Assembly: GCA_028826165.1 (NCBI GenBank)
Contig: JAPDFW010000022.1
Coordinates: 62,001-126,000 of the forward strand
DNA: 64,000 bases
Direction: 5' to 3'
From: Anaeramoeba ignava BMAN
Lineage: Eukaryota; Protista; Anaeramoebae
The translations under genes were made by a program, and so were the position numbers. Within the stretch, counting starts at the first letter, position 1; each line of letters begins with the position of its first letter. Of the stretch, positions 1-11,802 are shown one piece after another. The notes beneath the pieces were generated by a model. That model was not told the DNA's origin, made no database searches, and worked only from the letters and a program-made list of their open reading frames with translations.

Positions 1-60
1 TATTATTATTTGAAAAAACCCTTTTTTTTTCTTGTTCTAATTTATGATTTAATTTATAGA

Positions 61-1313
61 ATTTGATGCTAGTTTGCTAAAAGATATTTTTTTATCACAA
101 CCTTTGAAAATTAAAAAGATCATTTCAAATACGTTTTTATTTGCTTATTTTTATTTCAAATCACAAGAAGAAATACTTTCAACTGATGATTTTAAAGAAT
201 TAAGAAAAGGACTTATTGATGCAATAAATTGTCTTTTTCCATTTATTTATAGTAATGATTCACGACAAGAATTTCTTTCAGAATTTATAAAACAAAAGAA
301 TATTTGCAGAATAATGCTTGATAATTCTGAAGTAAATTTTAAAATGAAAATTTCAAATCAAAAATCAAAATTTAAAATTTGAAAATAAATTTGAAAATAG
401 TTCATTTTCGAAAATCAATGGAAACAAAAGAAATCAATTTTTGAAGAAATCAAAACAAGTTTAATAATTTCAAATAAAAGAAAAGTACAAATTCAAAAAG
501 AAGTTGAATTAAATATAGATCAAAATAAAACCGAAATGACAAATGAAAATATTGAAGAAATAGAAGAGAAAAACGAACAAGAAAAACCAAACTGAATCTC
601 GAAATAGATCAGTTAAAAAATTTATTGATAGATCAATTGAAACAATTCGTTCAGGTTCATTAATAGAAAAGCAAGATCAATCACAAAAATTTGATTTTGT
701 CTTTTCAGAAGAATTTGATCATGAATTTGATGAAGATAGTCATTTTATTGATGATAAAGATGATGATTCTTATGAAACCGATGATGAAAATGAAACTGTT
801 GTTCAAAATTTATTAAGAGAAAATCATTATTATCGTTCAGTTCCTATTCCTTTAACACCTCCTATTTTTGATCTTCCAATTTCAGAAGAAAAATATTTGA
901 AGAATATTGATAGTGAATATAATCAAATACAAAATCAAATTCTTGATCTTGATAATATCAATCACATTCAAGAATTAATTAAAGAATTAAATAATGAAAA
1001 TCCCAAATATAATTATAGGTTTGTATAAAATTTTTAATTTTAAATTTATAAATTAATTTAAATAATAATTTTAAATTTTAGAACATATTTAAATGAAAGT
1101 TTGGAATCTTTATCTGCAGAATTAGCTCAATTACAATTAAAATTAGCTGTTCATGATCATGAACTTTCTTTAATTAGAGAACAAACATTTATTCCTCGAA
1201 AACCTGTTTTACTTTTAAATTCAAAATCATTAGCAGAAAATTATAAAGAAGATGAAGATGATTTTCGAAGACTTAGTTTTGGTGTTCTTGAAGTGACAAG
1301 AAAAAGGAAATAA
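61..1313 (+). CDS. 3' part of a multi-exon gene of unknown function (5' end outside window)
   Basis: Coding-like exons joined by GT-AG introns (about 332-400 and 1019-1081); one frameshift in an A-run near 585-590 restores a continuous frame; acidic tract and coiled-coil-like C-terminus; stop at 1311-1313. No family recognised. Confidence 0.6.
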
Positions 1314-1529
1314 AAATTAATTAAAAATTCAAAAAAAATTCATTTTACTCATTCATTAAATAAAAAAAAAAAGAAATTATAATTATAATTATAATTATAA
1401 CTATTTTTATTATTTAAATTTTAGAATTAATTTCCATTTGTTAAATTTCTTTTAAAAAATTGGAATAAAATTTCTCTTTTGAATTTTTTATTCTTTTTGG
1501 TTTTTTTTTTAAAGAAACTTTTTGAAAAT

Positions 1530-2387
1530 TCATTTCAAATCAACAAGAAATTCAGAAATAATTAACTTGTGATCAGAAGCATTTGAATTAATTGAATAAG
1601 AAGAAAGAAGTTTAAAAGGACTTTCAGTTTGGAAAACTTTTTGAGAAGCAAAAATATAATCAATTCTTGTTTGAGCCCAACAAGTGAATTCATCTTTGAT
1701 TTCAGGATGAATTTTTTTCCAACAATCAATATAATTTTCTTTTTGAGTTATTCTTTTATAAACATCAAGTTTTGGTAATTCCCAAAAATTTTTTCTGCGA
1801 ACTTTCTCAATTTTTTCCCAATTTTGAAGTGAATAATCTTCTGCTAAACTTAAACTATTGAAATCACCAACAAAAAAATGATATTTTTCAAAAATTTGAT
1901 TTTCTTTGAATGAATTGAATATTTCATCCAATTGTTTCAATCTAGTTTCTTCGGAAATGTGATCCAAATGAGTGCAACAAACATCGAAAGTAAATGAATT
2001 GAAATCAAAGGATACAACACCAAATGATCGCTTGTCGTTTTTCTTTGATGATACTTCTTTGTATAAAATTTGTTCACCTTTTAATTTGGATTTATTAAAT
2101 AAAATTGCGTTTCCAAAATCACTTTGATAAGAAGGATAAAAATGATATTCCATTCCAAAAGTATTTGCGAGATATTTCAAAGCATCTTCACATTCTTCAC
2201 TTTGTTGTTGGTCTATTGCATCGTAAATTGGAAATACAAATGGACAAACCACTTCTTGTAAACAAAGAATATCAGGCAAATTTTTTTCAATTGTTTTTTT
2301 AAATCTTTCTATTGAAAATGTATCATCTCTATCAGACCACATATGAACATTAAAAGATGCAATTTTGATTAAATTTTTTGATTCCAT
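1530..2387 (-). CDS. Endonuclease/exonuclease/phosphatase (EEP) family protein, intronless
   Basis: Motifs ASFNVH, DILCLQEV, GNAIL, THLDH, VGDFN, RIDYIF, SDH in the expected order. Confidence 0.9.
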   Translation of the reverse strand: MESKNLIKIASFNVHMWSDRDDTFSIERFKKTIEKNLPDILCLQEVVCPFVFPIYDAIDQQQSEECEDALKYLANTFGMEYHFYPSYQSDFGNAILFNKSKLKGEQILYKEVSSKKNDKRSFGVVSFDFNSFTFDVCCTHLDHISEETRLKQLDEIFNSFKENQIFEKYHFFVGDFNSLSLAEDYSLQNWEKIEKVRRKNFWELPKLDVYKRITQKENYIDCWKKIHPEIKDEFTCWAQTRIDYIFASQKVFQTESPFKLLSSYSINSNASDHKLIISEFLVDLK

Positions 2388-2619
2388 TGTTAATTTAAAA
2401 ATGAAAAAAATGAAAAAAATGAAAAAAAATGAAAAAGATTTTTTTTGAAATTTTTAATTAAAAAAATTTGAAATCAATTTTGAATTTCCAAAAGAATCTT
2501 TTGAGTTCTTTTGAAAAAAGAAAAAGAAAAAGAAAAAGAATCATTTTAAAATTTTTTATAAGAAAAGAAAAAAATTATTTCCATTCTTGATTCCGTTTTG
2601 TTTTCCAAATAAAAGATCT

Positions 2620-4135
2620 TTAAATTAATTTCCATTTTGAATCTCCTTTCATCAAAATATAAATCAAGTGATTAGCAAGTTTTTCTGTTTTGTAAGTGCA
2701 AAATTGATGTGCAACAAAACAGAAAATTGATTCTCCCATTTTTTGACAAGAAGTACTGAGGAGATTATTACAAATTTGGTCATAATTTCCTTTTACCATT
2801 TGGTCAAGAACAACTTTAGATTGAATTGCTGAACAAGAATTTTTCAAAAAACGAAAATTTGGATCATCACTTGATTTTGTTTTATCAAATTGAAGAACAA
2901 AAGAGTTTTGAGAATAGGCATCACTTGTTTGAAATGAATTAAGTACTCTTGAACCAAAATGTGCTGGTTGTTGATCTAAACTCATTTCGTTTGGGGAAAA
3001 TTGAAGTTGGTTTGTGTTGAATAAAATTCCGAAAAAGAATAAGAAAATCATCATTGAAATTCCGATTGAGTTTTTAGATGAGAAAATGGTGTTTTTTCGT
3101 GTTTCAAATTCTGTGTTGAGTTGCGAAATTTCTTCCATTTCTAAATGAAATTCATCTGGATTCGAATCAAAAATTGGATCTTGAAAAATTGAATTTGGAT
3201 CTTCTGATGGAAGAGTTGTTAAATTGTTCAAAAAGGAAAAAGTATTTTGTGTAATTGATTTTGAACTGGATTTTCTTGCACTTTTTCTTCTTTTTGGTTC
3301 GTGAACTTCATCATCTTCAAGTTTTTTTGTTCTTTCTTCTATTTCTTGAAGTTTTTTCTATTTTGATTTTTTTTTAAAAAAAAGTGGAACAAAAATATTA
3401 AAAAAAAATTTTTTTTTCCAAATTTTCCAAAAAAAAAAAAATATTATTTAAATTCTTTTACTTTAAGTTGTTCATTTTCTTCATTTGTTTTTGAAAGTTT
3501 AGAAGATAATTTCTTGTTTTTTGATTTAAGAGTTTTAACTTCATTTTCAAGAGTTTGTAATTTAGTTTTAGCTCTCACTCTACTAATTTGTGCATTTTTT
3601 CTGTTTTTCAAAACTTTTCGTTCTTCTTTTTGTTTTTCTGTTAAAAGTTTATGTTGTTCTTTTGATAAATCACCAAGTAAATTAATAGTTTCTCCACTTA
3701 TATTTCTGACCCAAATTTCATCAGGAATATATTCTTTTTTTCTTTGTTTTCTTTGCTTTGGTTTTTTAGATTTTGATTTAGATTTTGATTTCTTTTTTCT
3801 TTTCTTCTTCTTTTGCTTTTTCTTTTTCTTTTTTTGATCATCTTTTTCTTCTTGATTTTTTCTTCATCTTTTTCTTCATCTTTTTCTTCATCTTTTTCTT
3901 CTTGATCTTCAATTGAAAAATTTGAATTGGAATTTAAATTTGAATTAGAATTAGAAAAATTTGAATTTGAATTGGAATTTAAATTGGAATTTGATTCATT
4001 TGTTTCAGTTATTAAATTTTCTGTTGGTTTTTTCAAATTAAAAGAAATTGTTTCTTCATTATTTTCAAAAAAATCATTTAAATTTAGATCAAAGAAAGGA
4101 TCAATTCCAAAATCAGTTAAACTGAATGGATTCAT
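2620..4135 (-). CDS. Membrane-tethered bZIP transcription factor (ATF6/CREB3/plant bZIP28-like)
   Basis: Manual translation gives basic region RKVLKNRKNAQISRVRAK and zipper LQTLENEVKTLKSKNKKLSSKL; phase-0 intron 3358-3461; then TM segment IGISMMIFLFFFGILF and luminal RVLN. Needs one 1-nt correction in the low-complexity runs near 3840-3860. Confidence 0.8.
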
Positions 4136-4406
4136 TTAATAAATTTTCTAAACAAAAATAATATTAAAAACAAATTTAAAAAAAAAAAGAAATTAATTAA
4201 GCAAAAAAAAAAGGAAAAAAAAAAAGAAAAAAAAAAATTTAAACAAAAATGAAATGAAAAAAAAAGAAAAAGAAAAAAAAATTTAATTTTATTTAAATTA
4301 TTTTCTCTTTTTTAAAAAAAAATCAAAAAACGTTTTGTATTTTAAAAGAACGTTTTGTGAAAAATAAATAAAAAATAAAAATAATAAACAAAAAATAAAT
4401 AAAAAG

Positions 4407-5579
4407 ATGTTTTCAAATAATTTGGAAAATCAATCAAATTCTCAAAATAAATTTGAAGATGATTTTTCAGTAATTGTAATTGATGTAGGTTGTCATTCAA
4501 CAAAAATAGGATTTGCAGGAGAAGATTCACCACAAGAAGTTTTTCCAACACTTGTAGGAAGATCATTAGTTACAGAAATTATGGTTGGAATGGGACAAAA
4601 AGAGGCTTATATTGGAGATGAAGTAGAATCCAAAAGAACAATTCTTTCAATAAGAAATCCAATAGAAAGAGGAATTATTAAATATTGGTATGATATGGAA
4701 GAATTATGGAAATTCTGCTATTTTAACGGATTGAGAATTATTCCTGAAGAACATCCACTTTTACTAATTGAACCTCCTTCTATTCAAAAGAAAAAACAAA
4801 GAGAAAAAATTACTTCAATTATGTTTGAAACATTCAATGTTCCCGCTTTTTATTTGGCGAATTCGGGAATTTTATCTTTGTATTCATCCGGGAAAACAAC
4901 TGGAATTGTTCTTGAAAGTGGAGGTGGATTGTCTCATTGTGTCCCTATTTATGAATCTGTTGATTTGAAACCACAAACCAAAAGAATTGATTTGGGTGGA
5001 GATGATTGTACTGATTATTTGATGAAATCATTGATTGAAAAAGGATATTCAATTTCACCTCATTATCAAAGCAACATTTTTAACAAATTCAAAGAGGAAA
5101 ATTGCTATGTTTCTTTTGATTTTGAAGAAGAATCATTGATTGATGAGAAATTCATTATGAAACAAAAAGAAATTCCTGAAAAGCAGCCAATTAACATTGG
5201 AAAAGAAAGATTTGAATCTTCTGAAATACTTTTTCGACCTTCTTTAGTTGGGAATTATCATCAAAAAGGAATTCACGAGATGCTTTATGAATCAATTATA
5301 GAATGTGAACATGATCTCCAAAAGGAATTATTTAAAAATATTGTTTTATCAGGAGGATCCACTTTTTTTTCTGGATTTGAAGAAAGATTGCATAAAGAGT
5401 TATCTAAAGTAGTTAATAATTCAACTGATTTTGAAATTATTTCTTTACCTGAAAGAAGATATGGAAGTTGGATTGGAGGTTCAATTTTGGGTTCACTTTC
5501 AACTTTTCAACAAATATGGATTTCAAAATATGAATATGATGATTGCGGACCAAAATTAATTCATAGAAAATGTGGTTGA
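4407..5579 (+). CDS. Divergent actin / actin-related protein, intronless
   Basis: Full-length actin fold: KIGFAGEDSP, MVGMGQKEAYIGDE, PEEHP, IMFETFNVPA, NIVLSGGST, WIGGSILGSLSTFQQIWISK. Confidence 0.93.
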   Translation: MFSNNLENQSNSQNKFEDDFSVIVIDVGCHSTKIGFAGEDSPQEVFPTLVGRSLVTEIMVGMGQKEAYIGDEVESKRTILSIRNPIERGIIKYWYDMEELWKFCYFNGLRIIPEEHPLLLIEPPSIQKKKQREKITSIMFETFNVPAFYLANSGILSLYSSGKTTGIVLESGGGLSHCVPIYESVDLKPQTKRIDLGGDDCTDYLMKSLIEKGYSISPHYQSNIFNKFKEENCYVSFDFEEESLIDEKFIMKQKEIPEKQPINIGKERFESSEILFRPSLVGNYHQKGIHEMLYESIIECEHDLQKELFKNIVLSGGSTFFSGFEERLHKELSKVVNNSTDFEIISLPERRYGSWIGGSILGSLSTFQQIWISKYEYDDCGPKLIHRKCG

Positions 5580-5695
5580 AACGATGAATATTTTTAATTA
5601 ATTTATTTTTAATTTTTTTCATTTTTTTAATTTCATTTTTTTATTTCAATTTTTCAAAATAAAAAAAATAATAAAAATAATAAAAATAATAAAAA

Positions 5696-8600
5696 ATGAA
5701 AAGATGTTTATTAGATAAACCTGAATTACTCAACCAATTCAAATATCTATTCAATCATCCACAACCACAAAAACTAATTGAAACCAAAGTTGATTCCAAA
5801 ACAATACCTCATATAACATTAACAGAAGCATTATTAGAAACGATCTGCAATTATTTTAATTTCCATCCAAGATTTTATCCAGGAGTCGGTATTTTAAAAG
5901 GATTAACAGCCAAATTCAATGATATGAATAAGTTAATGATTGAAGAAATCGAAATCACTTTAACTGCTTTAAATAGTGATCCTCGTGAAATGATTCATTT
6001 GGACGATATTGATGATCAAATTGATAAAATCCCTCTTGATAACGCTAACATTTCAACCCAAGACTCTTTTAATGATAACCAAAATACTTCTAATTTTTTT
6101 TCTGAATTAAATCTTACAATTTTTGAAAATATTTTGATTGAAATTTCAAAATTGAAACTTGTTTTTCTTGATGCAAATTCTGAAAAAAATTGTTCTTTTT
6201 TAATGAAAAAAGGTAAAAAGCAAATTTAACTTTCATTATTTCAATTTTTATAATTAAATTTATAATTAAAATTATTAACAAAATTTATAATTAAATTTAT
6301 TAACAAAATTTATAATTAAATTTATAATTAAATTTATTAACAAAATTTATAATTAAATTTATAATTATAAATATAATAAAATTATTAACAAAATTTATAT
6401 TTATATTTATAATTAAATTTATAATTAAATTTATAATTAAATTTATAATTAACTTTATAATTAAATTTATAATTAAATTTATAATTATATTTATAATTAT
6501 ATTTATAATTATATTTATAATTATATTTATAATTAAATTTATAATTATATTTATAATTATATTTATAATTAAATTTATAATTAAATTTATAATTAAAATT
6601 ATTAACAAAATTTGTAATTAAATTTATAATTAAATTTATAATTAAATTTATAATTAAATTTATAATTAAATTTATAAATAAATTTATAATTAAATTTATA
6701 ATTAAATTTATAATTAAATTTATAATTAAATTTATAATTAAATTTATAATTAAATTTATAATTAAATTTATAATTAACTTTATAATTAACTTTATAATTA
6801 TATTTATAATTAAATTTATAAGTAAATTTATAATTAAATTTATAATTAAATTTATAATTAAATTTATAATTAACTTTATAATTAATTTTATAATCATATT
6901 TATAATTTAAATTAATAATTAAATTTATAATTAAATTTATAATTAAATTTATTAACAAAAATTTTTATAATTAAATTTATAATTAAAATTAACAAAATTT
7001 ATAATTAAATTTATTAACAAATTTATAATTAAAATTATAATTATATTTATATAATTAATTTTATAATTAAATTTATAATTAAATTTATAATTAAATTTAT
7101 AATTAAAATTAATTAACTAAATTTATAATTAAAATTTATAATTAATTTTATAATTAAATTTATAAAAAATTTATAATTAAATTTATAATTATATTTATAA
7201 TTATATTTATAATTAAATTTATAATTAAATTTATAATTAAATATATAATTAAATTTATAATTAAATTTATAATTAAAATTTATAATTAAATTTATAATTA
7301 AATATATAATTAAATTTATAATTAAATTTATAATTAAAATTATTAACAAAATTTGTAATTAAATTTATAATTATATATATAATTAAATTTATAAATAAAT
7401 TTATAATTAAATTTATATTTAATTTATAATTAAATTTATAATTATATTTATAATTAAATTTATAATTAAATTTATAATTAAATTTATAATTAAATTTATA
7501 ATTAAATTTATAATTAAATTTATAATTAAATTTATAATTAAATTTATAATTAAATTTTATAATTAAATTTATAATTAAATTTATAATTAAATTTATAATT
7601 AAATTTATAATTAAATTTATAATTAAATTTATAATTAAATTTATAATTAAATATATAATTAAATTTATATTCTAATTTGTAATTAAATTTATAATTAAAT
7701 TTATAATTAAATTTATATTTTAATTTATATTTTTTTAATTTGTAATTAAATTTATAATTAAATTTATAATTAAATTTATATTTTAATTTGTAATTAAATT
7801 TATAATTAAATTTATAAATAAATTTATATTCAAATTTATAATTAAAATTATTAACAAAAATTTATAATTAAATTTATAATAAAAATTATTATTAAATTTA
7901 TAATTAAATTTATAATTAAATTTATAATTAACTTTATAATTAAATTTATAATTAAATTTATAATTAAATTTATAATTAACTTTATAATTATATTTATAAT
8001 TATATTTATAATTAAATTTATAATTATATTTATAATTAAATTTATAATTAAATTTATAATTAAATTTATAATTAAATTTATAATTAAATTTATAATTAAA
8101 TATATAATTAAATTTATAATTAAATTTATAATTATATTTATAATTAAATTTATAATTAAATTTATAATTAAAATTATTAACAAAATTTGTAATTAAATTT
8201 ATAATTAAATTTATAATTAAATTTATAATTAAATTTATAATTAACTTTGTAATTAAATTTATAATTAAATTTATAATTATATTTATAATAAAATTTATAA
8301 TTATAATTAAATTTAAAAAGCTATTATTTCGATTGGATCATCAGAATCAATGAAAAAATCAATGTTTACGGATGAACAAATTAAAGAGAAAATCAAAAGT
8401 AAACAAATAACTTCTTCAGATATGGTTCTTGTTAAAATTGAATCACCAATACTTTCAGTTAAACTTGCTAAAAATATTCTTGATCGAAGAGTTGCAAATT
8501 CAGGATTTTCAAAAATTACATTTGAAACTATTAAAATTGAATTTTCTCGTTTTATTGATAAAAACAATAAGAAATTTATTTCTAGATTATTGTCCATAAA

Positions 8601-11529
8601 TACTCTTTCTATTCATGATAACGAAATTGGGTAAATTTTAATTTTAATTTTAATTTTAATTTTAATTTTAATTTTAATTTTAATTTTAATTTTGATTTAA
8701 AAATTTTTTAGAAATACAATCTTTATCTATAGTTTATTAATTGGAGATCTAATTGGAAAATATAAACAACAAGAAAAATTAAATCAAATACCTTCTGAAT
8801 TCTTTATTCAAATAAATTACATGTTTATAATTTTGGATCAACTTGATAAAAATATTTGCCAAGTTACTGACTTGAATTTATCACAATCACCAACATCAAA
8901 TTTAGTATTAAAATTTGATAACATATTGATATCACAATATAACGAGCCTCAATTTCAAACAGAACTTCAAATTCAGAATATACAAGTATAAAAAATTATT
9001 TCAAATATTTCAAATAAAAATATTTCAAATAAAAATATTCTAAATAAATATTTCAATTAAATTATTTTCATTATTTTAATTATTTCAAATAAATATTCTA
9101 AATTAAAATATTCCAAATAAAAATATTCTAAATAAATATTTCAAATAAAATATTCCAAATTAAATATTCTAAATAAAAATATTTCAAATTAAATATTTCA
9201 AATTAAAATAATTTAAATAAAAATATTTTAAATAAAAATATTCCAAATAAATATTCTAAATAAAATATTCTAAATAAAATATTCTAAATAAAAATATTTC
9301 AAATAAAAATATTTTAAATAAAAATATTTTAAATAAAAATATTCCAAATAAAATTATTTCAAATAAAATTATTTCAAATAAATATTCTAAATTAAAATAT
9401 TCCAAATAAAAATATTCTAAATAAATATTTCAAATAAAAATATTCTAAATAAATATTTCAATAAATATTTCAAATAAAAATATTTCAAATAAAAATATTC
9501 TAAATAAATATTTCAATTAAATTATTTTCATTATTTTAATTATTTCAAATAAAAATATTTCAAATAAAAATATTCTAAATAAATATTTCAATAAATTATT
9601 TTAAATATTTCAAATTAAAATATTCTAAATAAATATTTCAAATATTTCAAAATTAGATTGGATTTGGAGATTTAATGTGGAGATCAAACGAAATCCAAAA
9701 AAATGATCCTAGAGTACTTGCTTTCCTCAAAAGCGTAAATACAAACTCAAAAACAAAATTTTTCACCATGAAAACTTTACAGAAAGATGAAAAGCAAATT
9801 GATATCGATTTGCATATTACAAAAATTTCTTTTTATGGAAATTTCTCAGAAGTGTATTATGTTTTCCAATTTTTACTTCAACAAGAGAAAAACATCAGCA
9901 CATACATTAATAATTTATATCAATTTGAGAAAACGATTTTAATAAAAAAGACGAGTCAATTATCTCAGATCCAGTTCTATATTCGCAAAGCTCTTTATTC
10001 AGAAAAATTAAATGTTGGGATTAGTCCAATAACAAAATTGAAACTTCGTGATCCAAAGAAAGAATCAGAACAAAGTGGAATAATATTATATGCCACAATT
10101 GAAATGCTACAGATCACAGGAGATAGTTTAGATCTGTTTAAGCAAAACTGCATACTCAAGAACCTGAACGCAAGCTATCGTGATCAAGAGGAAAAATCGG
10201 AAAAATCCTCAACCAAAAATTTACTATCAGTTTCAACGAATGCTGAACTTATTTGGAATAAGGAATACAATGAAATGCTACAAAAAGATATACGAGGCAA
10301 TTTAACGGTCAAAACACCTGAAGTTGAGCTGAAATTTCCTGAAGGAGTTTTTGAGCTTTTTAAATTTCTTGGACCTGATATTGGATCTTTTCTTCTCAAA
10401 AGAAGAATCCCAAAACCAAAAGGTAGATCAAGTTTGCCTTTTGAAATTGAACCAACACAAGAAGAGATAAATTCTCCAAAAGATGAAAAATCAAAATCTC
10501 TTGATGAATTAGGTGATAATGATAATGATAATGGTATTGAGAAAAATATTCTTCCAAATACAATTTCAAAATCACCAAGAGTTAGAGTTAGTGAATTATT
10601 TTCTGTTCAGAAAAAGGAAAATGAATCGGGAATTCAATCTGTTTTAAAATGGGAAATTTTTGATTTGAAAGAAAAAATTGCGCGTTCAAAACTTCAAATT
10701 AAACAGTTTGTTAGAGAAGTTAATAATTTACGATCAAGTTTTGATCATCAATATCATACTTCTGAACAGAAAATTTCAACAAAACAAGTTTCTAAAGCTG
10801 GGTTTTTAACAAAGAGAGGCCATAAAGTTAAATCTTGGCATTCTCGTTGGTTTATTTTATCTCATGAAAAGCTTCGTTATTTTAAAAATCAACAACCAAA
10901 AGATGAGGTTTATTTTTAAATTAAATTAAATTAAATTAAATTAAAATCAAAATTAAATCAAAATTAAATCAAAATTAAATCAAATTAAATTAAATTAAAT
11001 TAAATTAAATTCAAAAAATTAAATTAAATTAAATTAAATTAAATCAAATCAAATTAAAATTAAATCAAATTAAATCAAATTAAAATTAAATCAAATTAAA
11101 TTTATTAGGAAAAACATACAGAATTACCTTTAGGAATCATTAACTTGCGTGAATCAGAAGTTTCCATTCCTGAACAAAATATTATTTTTAAACGAAAATG
11201 GTGTTTCCAACTAAATACACCAAATAAACTTTATTACATTCAATGTGCTGATCGAAAAGAAAGAAATCAAAAAAAAAAAAGAAATGAATTCAAAATTAAA
11301 TTAAATTTCAACAATTATTGATAGTTTTGAAAAAGAAGCAAAATTTAAAAAAGCAATCAACTTTCAATCTGAACTTTTTCCTGTTCCAACTAAAAATTTA
11401 AAATCTCATCAAGAAAATCTCGTTGCTTTAATCCAAAATAATTATGAATTAATTCGAGAAAGAATTTCTACTTTATCTCAATCTTATCATTTCTTATTAT
11501 CTCAACTTGGAGAACATGGAATGATTTAA
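5696..11529 (+). CDS. Multi-exon protein with C-terminal PH domain; N-terminus possibly chorein/RBG-like
   Basis: In-frame GT-AG introns 6213-8320, 8631-8711, 8986-9656, 10908-11108; PH motifs KAGFLTKRGHKVKSWHSRWFIL, PLGIINL, CFQLNTPNKLYYIQC. 3' end near 11270-11305 is ambiguous. Confidence 0.75.
6245..8312. repeat. Intronic minisatellite, 12-bp unit TTTATAATTAAA
   Basis: About 2 kb of near-perfect tandem copies filling intron 6213-8320. Confidence 0.95.
8995..9650. repeat. Intronic minisatellite, ~12-14-bp unit (AAATAAAAATATTTC / AAATATTCT variants)
   Basis: Degenerate tandem repeat filling intron 8986-9656. Confidence 0.85.
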
Positions 11530-11802
11530 ATCAATTTTTAATTTTTAATTTTTAATTTTTAATTTTTAATTTTTAATTTTTAATTTGTTTTTTTTTTTCT
11601 TTCAAATAATTAAAAGAAAAAAAAACGGAAAAATTTTCCCGAATCCACTCTTTTTTTTATTTTTTTTTCTGTTTGAAATTATTTAAAAAAAGAATTTTTT
11701 TTTTATTTTTTTTTTTTCACAATTTCTGATAAAAAAAAATGAAAAAAATTCAAAAAATTAAAAAATGAAAAAATAAAAGGAAAAAGAAAAGAAAAGAAAT
11801 GA

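Noticed and set aside
6300-8183. ORFs such as (INLI)n and (NYKF)n, and similar ones at 14.8-16.0, 19.0-19.5, 23.8-24.9, 26.4-28.4, 39.4-40.7 (alternate frames) and 61.8-62.1 kb
   Set aside because: They are translations of stop-free frames of tandem repeats in introns, intergenic DNA or other frames of real genes.
11255-11310. Non-canonical intron at the end of the PH domain (conserved Trp missing)
   Set aside because: The region is a long A-run with no usable splice signals; local sequence error cannot be distinguished from biology.
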